Assembly: GCA_963728205.1 (NCBI GenBank)
Contig: CAVSIV010000002.1
Span: forward strand, 256,001-320,000
Direction: 5' to 3'
DNA length: 64,000 nt
DNA from: an uncultured Chloroflexia bacterium
GTDB lineage: Bacteria > Chloroflexota > Dehalococcoidia > UBA2979
Each line of letters opens with the position of its first letter. The stretch's first letter is position 1. Of the stretch, positions 13,701-22,803 are shown in pieces. Under the pieces are notes generated by a model. The model was not told the origin of the DNA. It saw only the letters and a list, made by a program, of their open reading frames with translations, and did not search any database. The position numbers and the translations under genes were made by a program.

Positions 13701-15118
13701 CGGTGGCGCCGCAGGCGCTTGCGGGCGCCGGCGGCGGCGCGTTGATCGACGTCGCCATCGACACCGCGAAGGACGCGGTGATGGTGCACGGCGTGCCGGC
13801 GATCGTCGCGCGGTCCGCGGACGGCCGGATCGCGATCACCGTCCCGGTGGCGTCGCTGCCCACGAGCGGCACGCTGCGGATCGTGGCCGGCCCGGTCGCC
13901 CTGGAAGCCGCGCTCGCGCACCCGCAGCACCACCCGCTGCCCGGGCTGCTCTCGGTCGGCAACGAGACGTTCGAGCTCCAGTTGCTCGACGCGTCCGGCA
14001 CCGTGATCGACGTCTTCAACGCCGATATCGAGATCACCGTGCGGCTCGACCCGGCGACGGTCGACATGGACCGCGCGCAGGTGATGCACTGGGACCAGGC
14101 GGAGGGCTGGACGAAGGTTCCGACGGTCGCGCAGCCCGACGGCACGCTGACGTTCCGCACGACCCACTTCTCCCTGTATGCGGTGTTCGAGCTCCCCGCG
14201 AGCGCACGGGTGCTCCAGGGCGGCCTGAACTACGTGACGTTCGCGGGTGCGACCGGCACGCGGATCGATGAGTTCGCCGCGCAGCTCGCGCCGGACGTCG
14301 AGAGCATCTCGCGGTTCAACGCGGTGACGCAGCGGGTCGAGATCTACGTGCCCGGTGCGCCGGAAGCGGTCCAGACGCTCTCGCGCCTGAACACCCGCGA
14401 CGCGCTCGTGCTTCGCATCCGCGCGGGCGCCCAGGTCGTCTACCGGCCGACCGACGTCGTGCCGGGCCCGACCGGCGTGCGGACGCAGGTGCTGCTGCCC
14501 GGGCTGAACGCCGTGGCGGTGACCACCGCGCAGGCGACGACGCCGTACGAGCTCTTCTACTCGCTCGGGCGTGCCGTGCAATCGGTGTCCATGTACGACC
14601 GCGGCACCGCGAGGTGGATGACATGGATCCCGGGCGCGCCGGGCTACGTCAACACGCTCGCCCGCGTCGAGCCCTACGAGGTGGTCTGGCTGCACGTCGA
14701 CCCGCGGGCGGGCGGCGCGATGCTCGACATCGTCGAGAGCACCCAGGCCGGGGACACGGCAGCCGTCCTCGCGGCGGCCGACGCGGTGACGTACGCGATC
14801 CGCAGCGGCGAGGGCGGGCGGCTGCGGCTGCTCTCGTGCGACGGCGACGCGACGTGCACGCACGACGCGGTGCTCACGCAGGAGCGGGAGCGCGCGCGCC
14901 AGCAGCTGTCGGGCTGCGTGACCGCGGGCGGCACGTACGACGTGCTCGGGCGCGCGGTCACCTTCTCGTCCGACGGGCAGGCGGCGACCGTCCACGTCCG
15001 CCTGCGCGTCGCGGACGGGACCGAGAGCGGCCGGGTCGTGCAACAGGAGTGGCTCTTCCAGCGCACCGCGGCGGCGCAGTGGCGGCTGGCGAACGTTCCG
15101 GTCTGCCCGCTGCCGTGA
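10733..15118 (+). CDS. Paralogue C (1461 aa): signal peptide, two tandem 'WGDNL' domains (the first with a Gly-rich insert), carboxypeptidase-regulatory-like and Ig-like domains, HPQHHP + TTHFS domain, IPGAP repeats and Cys-containing C-terminal domain
   Basis: Intact ORF with GGCAGG upstream. Internal duplication (GNNL...RADWGDNLVRV...VYGY[SN]WF...YTYVDVYI twice). The C-terminal half is clearly homologous to A and B. Confidence 0.85.
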   Translation: MGRFRWQYGLIGVVALLCAMLITRASVAEETEGPGNNLSTPAIFAEGIGITGIPIAGSAVNTGLRNCVNNATGDWGTPLTSLTLPDGSPYPLPGAYYLQNLEVTDPGGGCWMADWVDGAALAPANVDRADWGDNLVRVGYTDAQGPVRVEVTLYDDSPVDGSGAALTGYPVEKLYPPATEEGGGQGNGSGSAVAAQQGPGAGQGAGGSGGSGGSGDGGGAGNGNGAGGPTGDTGGSGGTDGSGGSGGSGGTGGNGAGGGNGAGGPGGGGGGEPTTTPGAAPLEYYGTTGVRSVATTGTVYSNNARFRIDRLDWAGDEADSPRGQIPDTLDPAYAARVAETVVDQAAPSEVNQSGRIVYGYSWFGISEPGWYRVTFSLDAERGGVARNADILGLDPLDLVADESEGGTTDSGKKAYFPPTLAHGQDGVGYTYVDVYITAGTTDGGGGGDEGAGNNLGVPVVFAEGLGLTGVVVAGDPVNAGLRSCTDNAVGDWGAPVSQIALPDGSVYPLTSPYFLNGLEVADAGGACWMADFVDNAGGPPVPVDRADWGDNLVRVAHSDAQGPVHVEVTLYDDTPLDGGGAALTGYPMAKLYPPTSEEEDGKPADQGGERPYEVYGTAAVGGAGVRTAATSATVFSHNAQIRVDRLTWNMDEATAPTGSIPATLAPGYATWVAQTISNAPAAAETNQAGKVVYGYNWFSMPAAGWYRVTFSVDAMRDGVARNVDILGLDPPDLVADESEGGSTSSGKKAYYPPTLAHAADGSAYTYVDVYIAGDGATGQLTGSVTDALGVALSSLQVEVYDLDGAQVATLVTADDGTFSGALTDGSYKVKIVDPSGTFADAWYDGKASFATAQTVTVPSATGITARMNRIGSNDPPRATDDHFTVATGSVDNVLAVLANDVDPDGDDLVMASLATDTLQGSAAISADARSVRYSPPAGLTGTETFAYTASDGHGGESTASVTVTVTQLPSLPPTPPAPPSGGGAPGAPVPVAPQALAGAGGGALIDVAIDTAKDAVMVHGVPAIVARSADGRIAITVPVASLPTSGTLRIVAGPVALEAALAHPQHHPLPGLLSVGNETFELQLLDASGTVIDVFNADIEITVRLDPATVDMDRAQVMHWDQAEGWTKVPTVAQPDGTLTFRTTHFSLYAVFELPASARVLQGGLNYVTFAGATGTRIDEFAAQLAPDVESISRFNAVTQRVEIYVPGAPEAVQTLSRLNTRDALVLRIRAGAQVVYRPTDVVPGPTGVRTQVLLPGLNAVAVTTAQATTPYELFYSLGRAVQSVSMYDRGTARWMTWIPGAPGYVNTLARVEPYEVVWLHVDPRAGGAMLDIVESTQAGDTAAVLAAADAVTYAIRSGEGGRLRLLSCDGDATCTHDAVLTQERERARQQLSGCVTAGGTYDVLGRAVTFSSDGQAATVHVRLRVADGTESGRVVQQEWLFQRTAAAQWRLANVPVCPLP

Positions 15119-15128
15119 TGAGCGGGGC

Positions 15129-15165
15129 GCGGGGCGGCAGGCGGCTGCGCTGCCTGCCGCCCCGC
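15129..15165 (+). terminator. GC-rich hairpin between paralogues C and D
   Basis: Perfect 14-bp stem GCGGGGCGGCAGGC/GCCTGCCGCCCCGC; no U-tract, so it could be an mRNA stabiliser. Confidence 0.5.
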
Positions 15166-15206
15166 AACCATGCGGCGCTCAGTGTCCGGAGAGGCCAGGG
15201 CACACG

Positions 15207-17459
15207 ATGGCGCACCACTGGAGTCCCCTGACCAGAGTCCTGGTCATGCTGGTCACGCTGTTCGGGGTGCTCGGCGCGGTCTTCTACGCGCCGGGCACGC
15301 TCCGTCTCGCCGGCGCGTCGCCGGGTGAGGGCTGGCGAGCGAGCGAGACGGCGACGTTCGTGACGGTGATGTGCGAGGGGCCGGACAAGATCCCCGGCAA
15401 CGCCGACGACCGCCCGCGGAACAACCCGGAGGCGGCCGGCACGGCGTCGTTCGTCTACGACGAGACGTCGGGCACGTGGACGATCTCCGGCGTGCTCACG
15501 ACGATCCGCGCCGGCAAGTACCGGCTGGTGCTGGCGAACACCGGTTCGGCCGACTCCGCCGTGTTGAGCGAGTTCGACGTGCCCGACGACGGCGATGACC
15601 ACGTCGACTGGCCGTACGAGATCACCGGCGTCGCCATCACGTCGCCCGACCAGTACAACGTCCTCCAGCTGATGCGGAACGGGCCGCCGTGGGGCGGCGG
15701 CGGCGCCTGCACCGGCGACCACGCCGGACAGGGCGGCAGCGGCGGCGGCTGCGGCGGCCACGAGACCGGCGGGGAAACCGGCGGTGACACCGGTGGCTGC
15801 GGCGGCGAGGAAGGCGGCGAAGAGGGCGGCGAGACCTGCGAAGGCGGGCACGAGCCAACGGCGACGCCTACCGCGGCGCCGACCGAGACGGCCACGCCGA
15901 CCGCGACCGAGACCGCGACGCCGACCGAGACGGCCACGCCGACCGCGACCGGGACCGCGACGCCGACCGAGACGGCCACGCCGAGCGCGACCGCGACGCC
16001 GACGGGAACGGCGACTGCGGGCGCGAGCCTCGCGTCCGGTGGACCGACCGGCTCGACCCAGCTCGCCGCCGGCACGGAGGACGAAGGCGAGGCCGGCTCG
16101 CAGTGGCGCTCCGAGATCGAGGCGCGGTTCTCGCTCTCGGACTTCGTCACGGTCACCGTGATCAAGCAGGCGTCCGCGAGCGGCGTTGCGGCGCCCTCCG
16201 CCGACACCGAGTACGCGCTGACGCTCTCCTGCTCCACCGAGCCGGAGCCGATTGCGATGCTCCTCAAGCCCGGCCAGTCGTCCGTCCAGCGCATCCACCG
16301 CGACGCGCTGTGCTCGTTGACGGAGGCCGACGCGATGGGCGCCACCGCCGTCTACGGCCTGGTGACCGACCAGGTGATGGCGACGAACCGCACGATCGTC
16401 GTGACGAACTACTTCCACGTCGAGGCGCCGCCCGAGCTGGTTGAGCCGGCGCCCGTGACGCCGCCGCCGGCGGAGAGCCTCGTCGTGCACGAGACGCTGC
16501 CCACCGCCGGCGCGCCCGGCGGGCGCCTGCACGCCGCGTCGTCGGATGGCTCCGTCGTGATCGAGGTTCCCGCGGCGGCCGTCGCCGGGCACGCGCAGGT
16601 GGACATCGCCGTCGACGACCCGGCGCTCGAGAGCGCGCTGCCGCACCCGTACCACCACCCGACGGGGAACCTGCTCGCGATCGGTGGCCGCGCGCTGGCG
16701 ATCAGCGTCAGCGATCCCGCGACCGGCGAGAGCATCACGCAGTTCGACCCGCCGGTGTCGTTCTCGATCCGCGTCGACCTGAACGACGTCGACCCGTCGT
16801 CGCTACGCGCGATGCGCTGGGATGACGTCACGCAGCACTGGATCGAGCTGCCGACGAGCGTGACGCCGGACGGCGTCGTGACCTTCACGACGTCGCACCT
16901 CAGCCTGTTCGGTCTCTTCCACCTGCCGACGCGCCACCTCGACCTGCAGGAGGGCTGGAACGTCCTCACGTTCACGGGGCCGAGCGGGACGCGCACGGCC
17001 GACCTGGCCGCCGAGATCGGCGGGGTGCTCGAGGAGATGTGGCGATACACGCCGGGCGTCGGCTGGCTCGCCGTCGGCTGGTGCCCGACGTCGGACATCC
17101 GGCTGGTGAAGGGCGACGTCGTCGCGGTGCGCGTCTACGAGCCCGAGACGCTCACCCTGACGTCGCTCGCCGACTCCAGCCCGTCCGAGCGTGCGACGAC
17201 GCTCCGCGCCGGGATCAACGCGCTCTCTGTGAGCGGTCAGCGCCCGGTCGACGTCTCCGAGCTGTTTGCGGCGATCGGACCGGCGATCGACACGGTTGCG
17301 CGGTACGACGCTGCGTCCGGGCGCTGGACGACGTGGATCCCCGGCGGTCCGGCGTGGGTGTCCAGCGCGTTCGTCGTGCAGCCGTACGACGTGGTGGCGA
17401 TTCGCGTCCGCTACGACGTGCGGGTGACGCTGCCGGACGTGCTGGTGGATCTGCGCTGA
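15207..17459 (+). CDS. Paralogue D (750 aa): N-terminal signal/TM, different passenger region with a Gly/Glu/Cys/His-rich segment and PT linker, then HPYHHP + TSHLS domain and IPG(G)P repeat; lacks the terminal Cys domain
   Basis: Intact ORF with GAGAGG upstream. WDDVTQHWIELPT...FTTSHLSLFGLF and WTTWIPGGPAWV align with A-C. Confidence 0.85.
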   Translation: MAHHWSPLTRVLVMLVTLFGVLGAVFYAPGTLRLAGASPGEGWRASETATFVTVMCEGPDKIPGNADDRPRNNPEAAGTASFVYDETSGTWTISGVLTTIRAGKYRLVLANTGSADSAVLSEFDVPDDGDDHVDWPYEITGVAITSPDQYNVLQLMRNGPPWGGGGACTGDHAGQGGSGGGCGGHETGGETGGDTGGCGGEEGGEEGGETCEGGHEPTATPTAAPTETATPTATETATPTETATPTATGTATPTETATPSATATPTGTATAGASLASGGPTGSTQLAAGTEDEGEAGSQWRSEIEARFSLSDFVTVTVIKQASASGVAAPSADTEYALTLSCSTEPEPIAMLLKPGQSSVQRIHRDALCSLTEADAMGATAVYGLVTDQVMATNRTIVVTNYFHVEAPPELVEPAPVTPPPAESLVVHETLPTAGAPGGRLHAASSDGSVVIEVPAAAVAGHAQVDIAVDDPALESALPHPYHHPTGNLLAIGGRALAISVSDPATGESITQFDPPVSFSIRVDLNDVDPSSLRAMRWDDVTQHWIELPTSVTPDGVVTFTTSHLSLFGLFHLPTRHLDLQEGWNVLTFTGPSGTRTADLAAEIGGVLEEMWRYTPGVGWLAVGWCPTSDIRLVKGDVVAVRVYEPETLTLTSLADSSPSERATTLRAGINALSVSGQRPVDVSELFAAIGPAIDTVARYDAASGRWTTWIPGGPAWVSSAFVVQPYDVVAIRVRYDVRVTLPDVLVDLR
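15860..16020 (+). repeat. Tandem PT(A/E)T(A/E)T repeats (Pro/Thr linker)
   Basis: Units such as ccgaccgagacggccacg and ccgaccgcgaccgagacc recur. Confidence 0.8.
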
Positions 17460-17790
17460 CCGGGCGCCCGGGGAGGGGCGCGCGGCTGACAGCGCGGCTG
17501 ACGCGGGCAGCGGCCGTGGCGTGGACGCAGAGCGCGTGGAGGCGGAGGCCCGCGCGCCGTCCGCGCGCGTCAGCGCGAGCGGCTGCGGGCACTGGTCGTG
17601 CACGCGCGGACCTGGTCGGCCTACTGCGCACGTTCAGCATCGCCATGTGCCCGGCGGTGAGCACCGTCGCGCGCCGCTCGCATCTGCTACACAGCCGCTG
17701 CTCCACGGACTAGGGTGCACGCACCGCGCCGCGACCGCCCGCGTCGCGCGTGGGCGAGCGCGCGCGTGACGCGCCGGAGGGGAGCGCAGC

Positions 17791-18606
17791 ATGACCGAGG
17801 TAATCCGCGCACACGTGATCGCCGGCGGCTTCCCGCCCGGCCAGCCCGCGGGGCACGATCACGACTACGCCCGGCTGCGCATCCTCGAGCAGCTCAAGGA
17901 GCGCGAGCACGTCCACGCCACCGTCGCCGGCGACTACACCGACATCGAGAAGTGGCTCCCGCAGTGCAAGCTGCTCGTCACCTACGTCGCGGGGCCGTTC
18001 GCGAACGACGAGCAGAACACCGTGCTCCGCCAGTGGGTGGAGGCCGGCGGCCGCTGGCTCGCGCTGCACGGCAGCAGCGGCGGCAAGGCCGCCCGCATGC
18101 CCGACTCGAACCGACGCACGATGGTGAAGATGCCGTACCACGAGACGCTCGGCGGCTTCTTCCTCAACCACCCGCCGATCCGCAAGTTCACGGTCGCCAT
18201 CGACGACCCGAAGCACCCGCTGACGAAGGGGCTGCCGGAGTCGTTCGAGACGATCGACGAGCCGTACATGGTCGAGCTGACGAAGCCGGATCAGACCGAG
18301 GTGGTGATGACGTCGGACTGGGGCGCGGTGCCCAGCGACACGGGCTTCTACTACGAGCGCGACACGTCCACGCTGCCCGGCGGCACGCGACGGGCGATCG
18401 CCTTCGTGCGGCGCATCAGCGAGGGCGCCGTCGCGTACACCACGCTCGGCCACAAGCACACGCCCACCACGAACTCGCAGCGAGTCGTGGACGAGAGCGT
18501 CTCGCCCGACCGCAAGCCGCCGCTGGACCTGATCGGCTCGTGGGGCACGGAAGGGTTCCGCACGCTGCTGCGCAACGGCATCGCGTGGGGGCTCGGGGAA
18601 GAGTAG
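17791..18606 (+). CDS. ThuA-like domain protein (class I glutamine amidotransferase-like fold)
   Basis: GGAGGGAG RBS. WVEAGGRWLALHG, GGFFLNHPP, HPLTKGLP...IDEPY and YTTLGH motifs. Confidence 0.8.
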   Translation: MTEVIRAHVIAGGFPPGQPAGHDHDYARLRILEQLKEREHVHATVAGDYTDIEKWLPQCKLLVTYVAGPFANDEQNTVLRQWVEAGGRWLALHGSSGGKAARMPDSNRRTMVKMPYHETLGGFFLNHPPIRKFTVAIDDPKHPLTKGLPESFETIDEPYMVELTKPDQTEVVMTSDWGAVPSDTGFYYERDTSTLPGGTRRAIAFVRRISEGAVAYTTLGHKHTPTTNSQRVVDESVSPDRKPPLDLIGSWGTEGFRTLLRNGIAWGLGEE

Positions 18607-18616
18607 GTCCGGGCCG

Positions 18617-19945
18617 CTACGACCCTCCGGAGGCCATGTCCGGCACGCCCTCGGCGAACGTGCGCAGGGCGCGGAACTCGCCGCGCCGCAGCACGTGCCG
18701 CAGCTCGGTGAGCGAGAGCGCGGCCGCGCCGAAGATCACGATCCACACGAGCCCCGGCACGATCAGCAGCGGCCGCACGCCGATGATGTCGGCCATGCGC
18801 CCGAACGCCAGGTTCAGCATCGCCATGTGACCGGCGGCCAGCATCATGTAGATCGACATCACGCGTCCGCGCATCTCGTCGGGGACGATGTCCTGGATCA
18901 GCGTCAGCGAGATCGCCATGTACGCGGCCTGCGTGCCGCCGGCCAGCGCGGCGCCGGCGACGGCGACGGCCGGCGTGGTCGCGAGCCCCATCACCAGCGT
19001 GCCGAGCCCGCTGCCCACCCCGGCGAGCGCCATCGCGCGGCCCTGGACGTGGCCGCGCCGCACCATCGACACCCACACCACCGCGACGATCGCTCCGGCG
19101 CCCACGCCCATCACGATCGCGCTGAACGTCCGGCTCCCGCCGCCGACCGTCGCCGCCAGTTGCGGCAGCATCGAGTCGAACGCCATCGTGAAGCCGCAGT
19201 GGAAGGCGATGCACCCGAGCACCACCACGAGCCGCATGTCGCGGCCGACGTGCACGAAGCCGCGGCCGACGTCGACGATGACCTCCCGCAGGGGATGGCT
19301 CGCGGCCGCAACGGACGTCCCCGCGGCTGCCGCGCGCGGCGTTGAGCGCAGCCGGATCCCCCACAGCGACGCCAGCGCGCCGGTCATTACCGCCGCCGAC
19401 AGCACGAAGACCGACCCGGCACCGAGCGTCGCGAGCAGCACGCCGCCGAGCAGCGGCCCGATCAGCCGCGACCCGTTCCGCGTCACGCCGTTGAGCGACA
19501 CCGCGTTGAGCAGCTGCTCGCGCGGCACCACGTTCGGCACCATCGACTGCAGCGCGGGCTGCGAGGTCGCGACCGAGATCCCGTCGACGGCGGCGAGCGC
19601 GACGATCTCCCACACCTGCACGATGCCGGCGAGCGTGAGGAACGCGAGCGTCGCCGCCGAGAGCAGCAGCAGCGCCGCACCGGCGAGCGCCATGCGGCGG
19701 CGGTCGATGCGGTCGGCGATCGCGCCGGCGAACGGTCCCACGATGATGAACTGCACCATCGACGCGAAGGTGACGACGCCGACCGCGAACGACGAGTCGG
19801 TGAGCGTGAAGACGAGCCACCCGCGTGCCAGCATCAGTGCCCAGCGCGAGACGGACGTGAAGAGGCCGGTGAGGAAGAGCAGGCGGAAGTCCGGCGACTC
19901 GAACGCCGGGGCCTTGCGGTAGAGGGAGGCGCGCGCGTCCAGCAT
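18617..19945 (-). CDS. MFS transporter (MFS_3-like)
   Basis: About 12 TM segments; motif A GAIADRIDRRR. ATG at 19945 lies 6 nt after TATAGT. Confidence 0.9.
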   Translation of the reverse strand: MLDARASLYRKAPAFESPDFRLLFLTGLFTSVSRWALMLARGWLVFTLTDSSFAVGVVTFASMVQFIIVGPFAGAIADRIDRRRMALAGAALLLLSAATLAFLTLAGIVQVWEIVALAAVDGISVATSQPALQSMVPNVVPREQLLNAVSLNGVTRNGSRLIGPLLGGVLLATLGAGSVFVLSAAVMTGALASLWGIRLRSTPRAAAAGTSVAAASHPLREVIVDVGRGFVHVGRDMRLVVVLGCIAFHCGFTMAFDSMLPQLAATVGGGSRTFSAIVMGVGAGAIVAVVWVSMVRRGHVQGRAMALAGVGSGLGTLVMGLATTPAVAVAGAALAGGTQAAYMAISLTLIQDIVPDEMRGRVMSIYMMLAAGHMAMLNLAFGRMADIIGVRPLLIVPGLVWIVIFGAAALSLTELRHVLRRGEFRALRTFAEGVPDMASGGS

Positions 19946-20012
19946 CGCTGCACTATAGCGGCGACGCGCCCGCGCCGGCGCGCGGGGCGGGACGGGGCGC
20001 GGCGGGGCAGGA

Positions 20013-21122
20013 TTAGAGCCCGAACTCCTCCATGCGGACGGGACGTCGCTCCGCGATCGAGCGCTCGGCGGCCGCGCCGATGGCGACCGCGAGCAGCCCA
20101 TCCTCGAGTGTGACCGCCGGTGCCGTGCCGGCGCGAATGGCGTCGCGGAAGGCGACGTGCTCGTAGTACGTCGCTCCGTGGTGCGTGCCGGCCGCGAGCG
20201 CGGTCTCGTCGACCGGCACGGGAATGCGCTCGATGCGCGCCGCGTCGCGACGCACGTCGGGTGGGGTCGGCCGCACCCGCCGCCCGATGACGAGCACGGA
20301 CTCCGGCGTGCGCACCTCCACCTTGCCGTCGTCGCCCGTCGCGGCGATCTCGGTCTGGTTCTCGGACTGCTCGGCGAACATGCAGAGGTCGAGCATCGCC
20401 CGGGCGCCGCCGTCGAAGTCGACGATCACGTAGGCGTTGTCGAGGATGTCCGGCGCCTGGCCGCCGTACCGCTCGTCGCGGTGGTTCACGTCCTGCGCGC
20501 CCGACGCGTATACGCGGTCGACGCGGCCGCCCACGATCAGCCGCATCAGGTCGAAGAAATGGCAGCACTTTTCGACGAGCGTGCCGCCGGTGTTCCGCGA
20601 GAAGCGGTTCCAGTCGCCGACCTTGCGCAGGAACGGGAAGCGATGCTCGCGGATCGCGAGCATGCGCAGCGAACCGACGGCGCCGTCGCGCACCTCGTCG
20701 ACGAGCCGCGCCACCGGCGGCGCGTAGCGGTACTCCATGCCGACCCACGCGAGCGCGGGGCGGTCCTCGAGCATCGCGATCACCTCACGGCAGTCGTCGA
20801 CGGTGGTGCAGAGCGGCTTTTCGATCATGAGATGCGCGCGGCTCGTCGCCGCCAGGCGGAGGACGTCGCGGTGCGTGTGGTTGGGGGTGGCGATCACGAC
20901 GGCATCGAGGTCGTCGCGCGCGAACAGCGCAGCCGCGTCGGCATAGGCGTCGAGCCCGGGGCTCGTGGCGAGCGCCAGTTCGCGCGACGGGCCGTGGGGG
21001 TCGGCGATCGCGACGGCCTGCACGCCGTCGAGCACCGCGAGGTTCTGCAGGTGCTCGCGCCCCATCATGCCGGCGCCGACCACGCCGTAGCGGAGCGGGC
21101 GATCGGGGGTCGTGTGCTGCAC
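20013..21122 (-). CDS. Gfo/Idh/MocA family oxidoreductase (inositol dehydrogenase-like)
   Basis: GVVGAGMMGREH, IATPNHTH, IEKPL and EKCCHFFD motifs. GTG start at 21122 is inferred. Confidence 0.9.
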   Translation of the reverse strand: MQHTTPDRPLRYGVVGAGMMGREHLQNLAVLDGVQAVAIADPHGPSRELALATSPGLDAYADAAALFARDDLDAVVIATPNHTHRDVLRLAATSRAHLMIEKPLCTTVDDCREVIAMLEDRPALAWVGMEYRYAPPVARLVDEVRDGAVGSLRMLAIREHRFPFLRKVGDWNRFSRNTGGTLVEKCCHFFDLMRLIVGGRVDRVYASGAQDVNHRDERYGGQAPDILDNAYVIVDFDGGARAMLDLCMFAEQSENQTEIAATGDDGKVEVRTPESVLVIGRRVRPTPPDVRRDAARIERIPVPVDETALAAGTHHGATYYEHVAFRDAIRAGTAPAVTLEDGLLAVAIGAAAERSIAERRPVRMEEFGL

Positions 21123-21504
21123 TCGGGGCCTCGCTTTGCCGGCGCGCCGCCGCCGGCAGAGCGGCCGGCGCGCGTTCCGCCGGGTGGCCGTCGTCGACCG
21201 CGCGCCGAGGATCGGCCGCAGCCCGGTGCGTGCCGCGCGCGGGCTCGTGTGCGACGAGGTGCTCGCCGGCGATCGTGCCCGGGTCGTGCGTGCGGCCGCT
21301 GCCGCTCGCTCCCGCGCGCACGCGGCGCGGGGGCAGCATCGTGCGGCCGGCCGTCCGAGTCTATCCGCGCTCGCACGATCTGCTCGACCCGCGGTCGAGG
21401 CGGCGCCCCGGCGGGGCACCGCGAGCGGCGCGCGCCACCGGGCCGGTGCGGCCACCTCGGGGCGCGGAGCGCTGCGTCACCGCGCGCGCCGCGGGGCCGC
21501 GACT

Positions 21505-21960
21505 TCAGGCCGCGCGACGGGCGGTACCCGTCTCCTCAGGGATGCGCACCATGAACACCGGGCACGGCGCGCTCATCAGCACCTTCATCGCCACGCTGCC
21601 GAGCGCGTACCGGCCGCGCGCGCCGAGCCCGTGGGTGCTCATCACGACGAGGTCGGCGCTGCGCTCGCCCGCGGTGTCGGCGATCGCGCTCGCGGCTTCG
21701 CCGAGGCGCACCTCGGTCGTCACCGCGGCGACGCCGTTCGCGCGCACGCGCGCCGCGTGCGCGTCGAGGTAACGCTCCGCGCGCTCGCGGCTCTGTTCGT
21801 CGAGCCGCTCCACGCGCGGCTCGCCGGGAACCTCTGGCCGCAGCACGACGGCGAGCAGCCGCACGGCGGCGCCTGTCGCCTTCGCGAGGTCGGTCGCGTA
21901 GCCGAGCGCGCGCTCGGAGTACTCGGAGCCGTCCAGGGGAACCAGGATCTGTCGGAACAC
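21505..21960 (-). CDS. Universal stress protein
   Basis: ILVPLDGSEYSERAL...DLVVMSTHG...LGSVAMKVL...PCPVFMV. Confidence 0.93.
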   Translation of the reverse strand: MFRQILVPLDGSEYSERALGYATDLAKATGAAVRLLAVVLRPEVPGEPRVERLDEQSRERAERYLDAHAARVRANGVAAVTTEVRLGEAASAIADTAGERSADLVVMSTHGLGARGRYALGSVAMKVLMSAPCPVFMVRIPEETGTARRAA

Positions 21961-21995
21961 GTGTCACCACCCTTCGCTGTGGCGGGTGGGCCGGG

Positions 21996-22583
21996 TCAGG
22001 CGCAGATGAACGCCGCGTCGCGCACCCTGGCGCAGGCGCTCGCCGCGAGCGCGGCGGCGGTCTCGTCCGTCGTGCCCTGGCTGGGCGCCGCGGCCAGCCG
22101 CCGCAGCAACGACACCTCGACCGCCGTCAGCACCCCGGTCGCACTCTCCACCGTGCCCTGCCCGAACCGCCGGAGGAGGACGCTCGCCGCCCACGGGTCC
22201 AGGGCCACCCCGTCGTGAGCGACGCACTTGAGCAGCCCGTGCAGCTCCGCCGGCGGCAGGTCGGGCGGCAGGTACGCGGCCGCGCCGGCGACGATCAGGT
22301 CGATCAGCGTGTCCTCATCGCGGTCGGCCTCGAAGAGGATGACGTGGCTGCCCGGCGACCGGCCGCGCAGCGCGTGCGTGGCGTCCACCGGCGAGGCCCC
22401 CACGCGCTCCACGTCGACCGCGACCACGTCGTGGCCCGTCCGCTTCAGGGCGAAGAGCGCGTCGTACAGGTTCGACGCCGTGCTGACGACCTTCGTGTGG
22501 GCGGCAGCCTCGATCAGCCCGCGCAGCGTGTCGCCGTCGACCACCAGCACCCGCACGTCGCGCCCCGAGCGTAGTCGTCGCAT
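21996..22583 (-). CDS. Degenerate NarL/DosR-like response regulator
   Basis: VRVLVVDGD, VVAVDV and AGAAAYL give a REC-like pattern, followed by LTAVEVSLLRRLA (start of a LuxR HTH). The conserved Lys and the rest of the HTH are not evident. Confidence 0.6.
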   Translation of the reverse strand: MRRLRSGRDVRVLVVDGDTLRGLIEAAAHTKVVSTASNLYDALFALKRTGHDVVAVDVERVGASPVDATHALRGRSPGSHVILFEADRDEDTLIDLIVAGAAAYLPPDLPPAELHGLLKCVAHDGVALDPWAASVLLRRFGQGTVESATGVLTAVEVSLLRRLAAAPSQGTTDETAAALAASACARVRDAAFICA

Positions 22584-22803
22584 TGCGCTCCGCCTTCCAC
22601 CGCTCCACGCTGACCATGCGGCGCGCGGTCACGGTTGCGCAGGGGTGAACGTCAGGTGTTTCCCTGGGACTTTTTCAGGGGCGCGGGTACGGCGCGCTGA
22701 GGTGCTCCCCGCTACCGTGACGGGCAGCGCGTCGGCGCGACCGTGGCGCCGCGCGCCCAGCACTGCGCGGCGTCCGCCGCGGCCGGAGACCGGGAGCGAG
22801 TCG

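Noticed and set aside
10658-15043. 1461-aa minus-strand ORF, and other long antisense or alternative-frame ORFs (e.g. 6344-8467, 25585-28650, 33502-37032, 48818-51925, 59317-62655)
   Set aside because: Arg/Ala-rich shadow ORFs caused by high-GC codon bias, overlapping well-supported genes.
15860-16020. Possible CRISPR array
   Set aside because: Short in-frame units encoding a Pro/Thr linker with no unique spacers; no cas genes in the window.
21123-21504. Gene or repeat element in the very GC-rich gap between the oxidoreductase and usp
   Set aside because: Overlapping ORFs are low-complexity with no RBS or motif, and no clear repeat unit could be defined.
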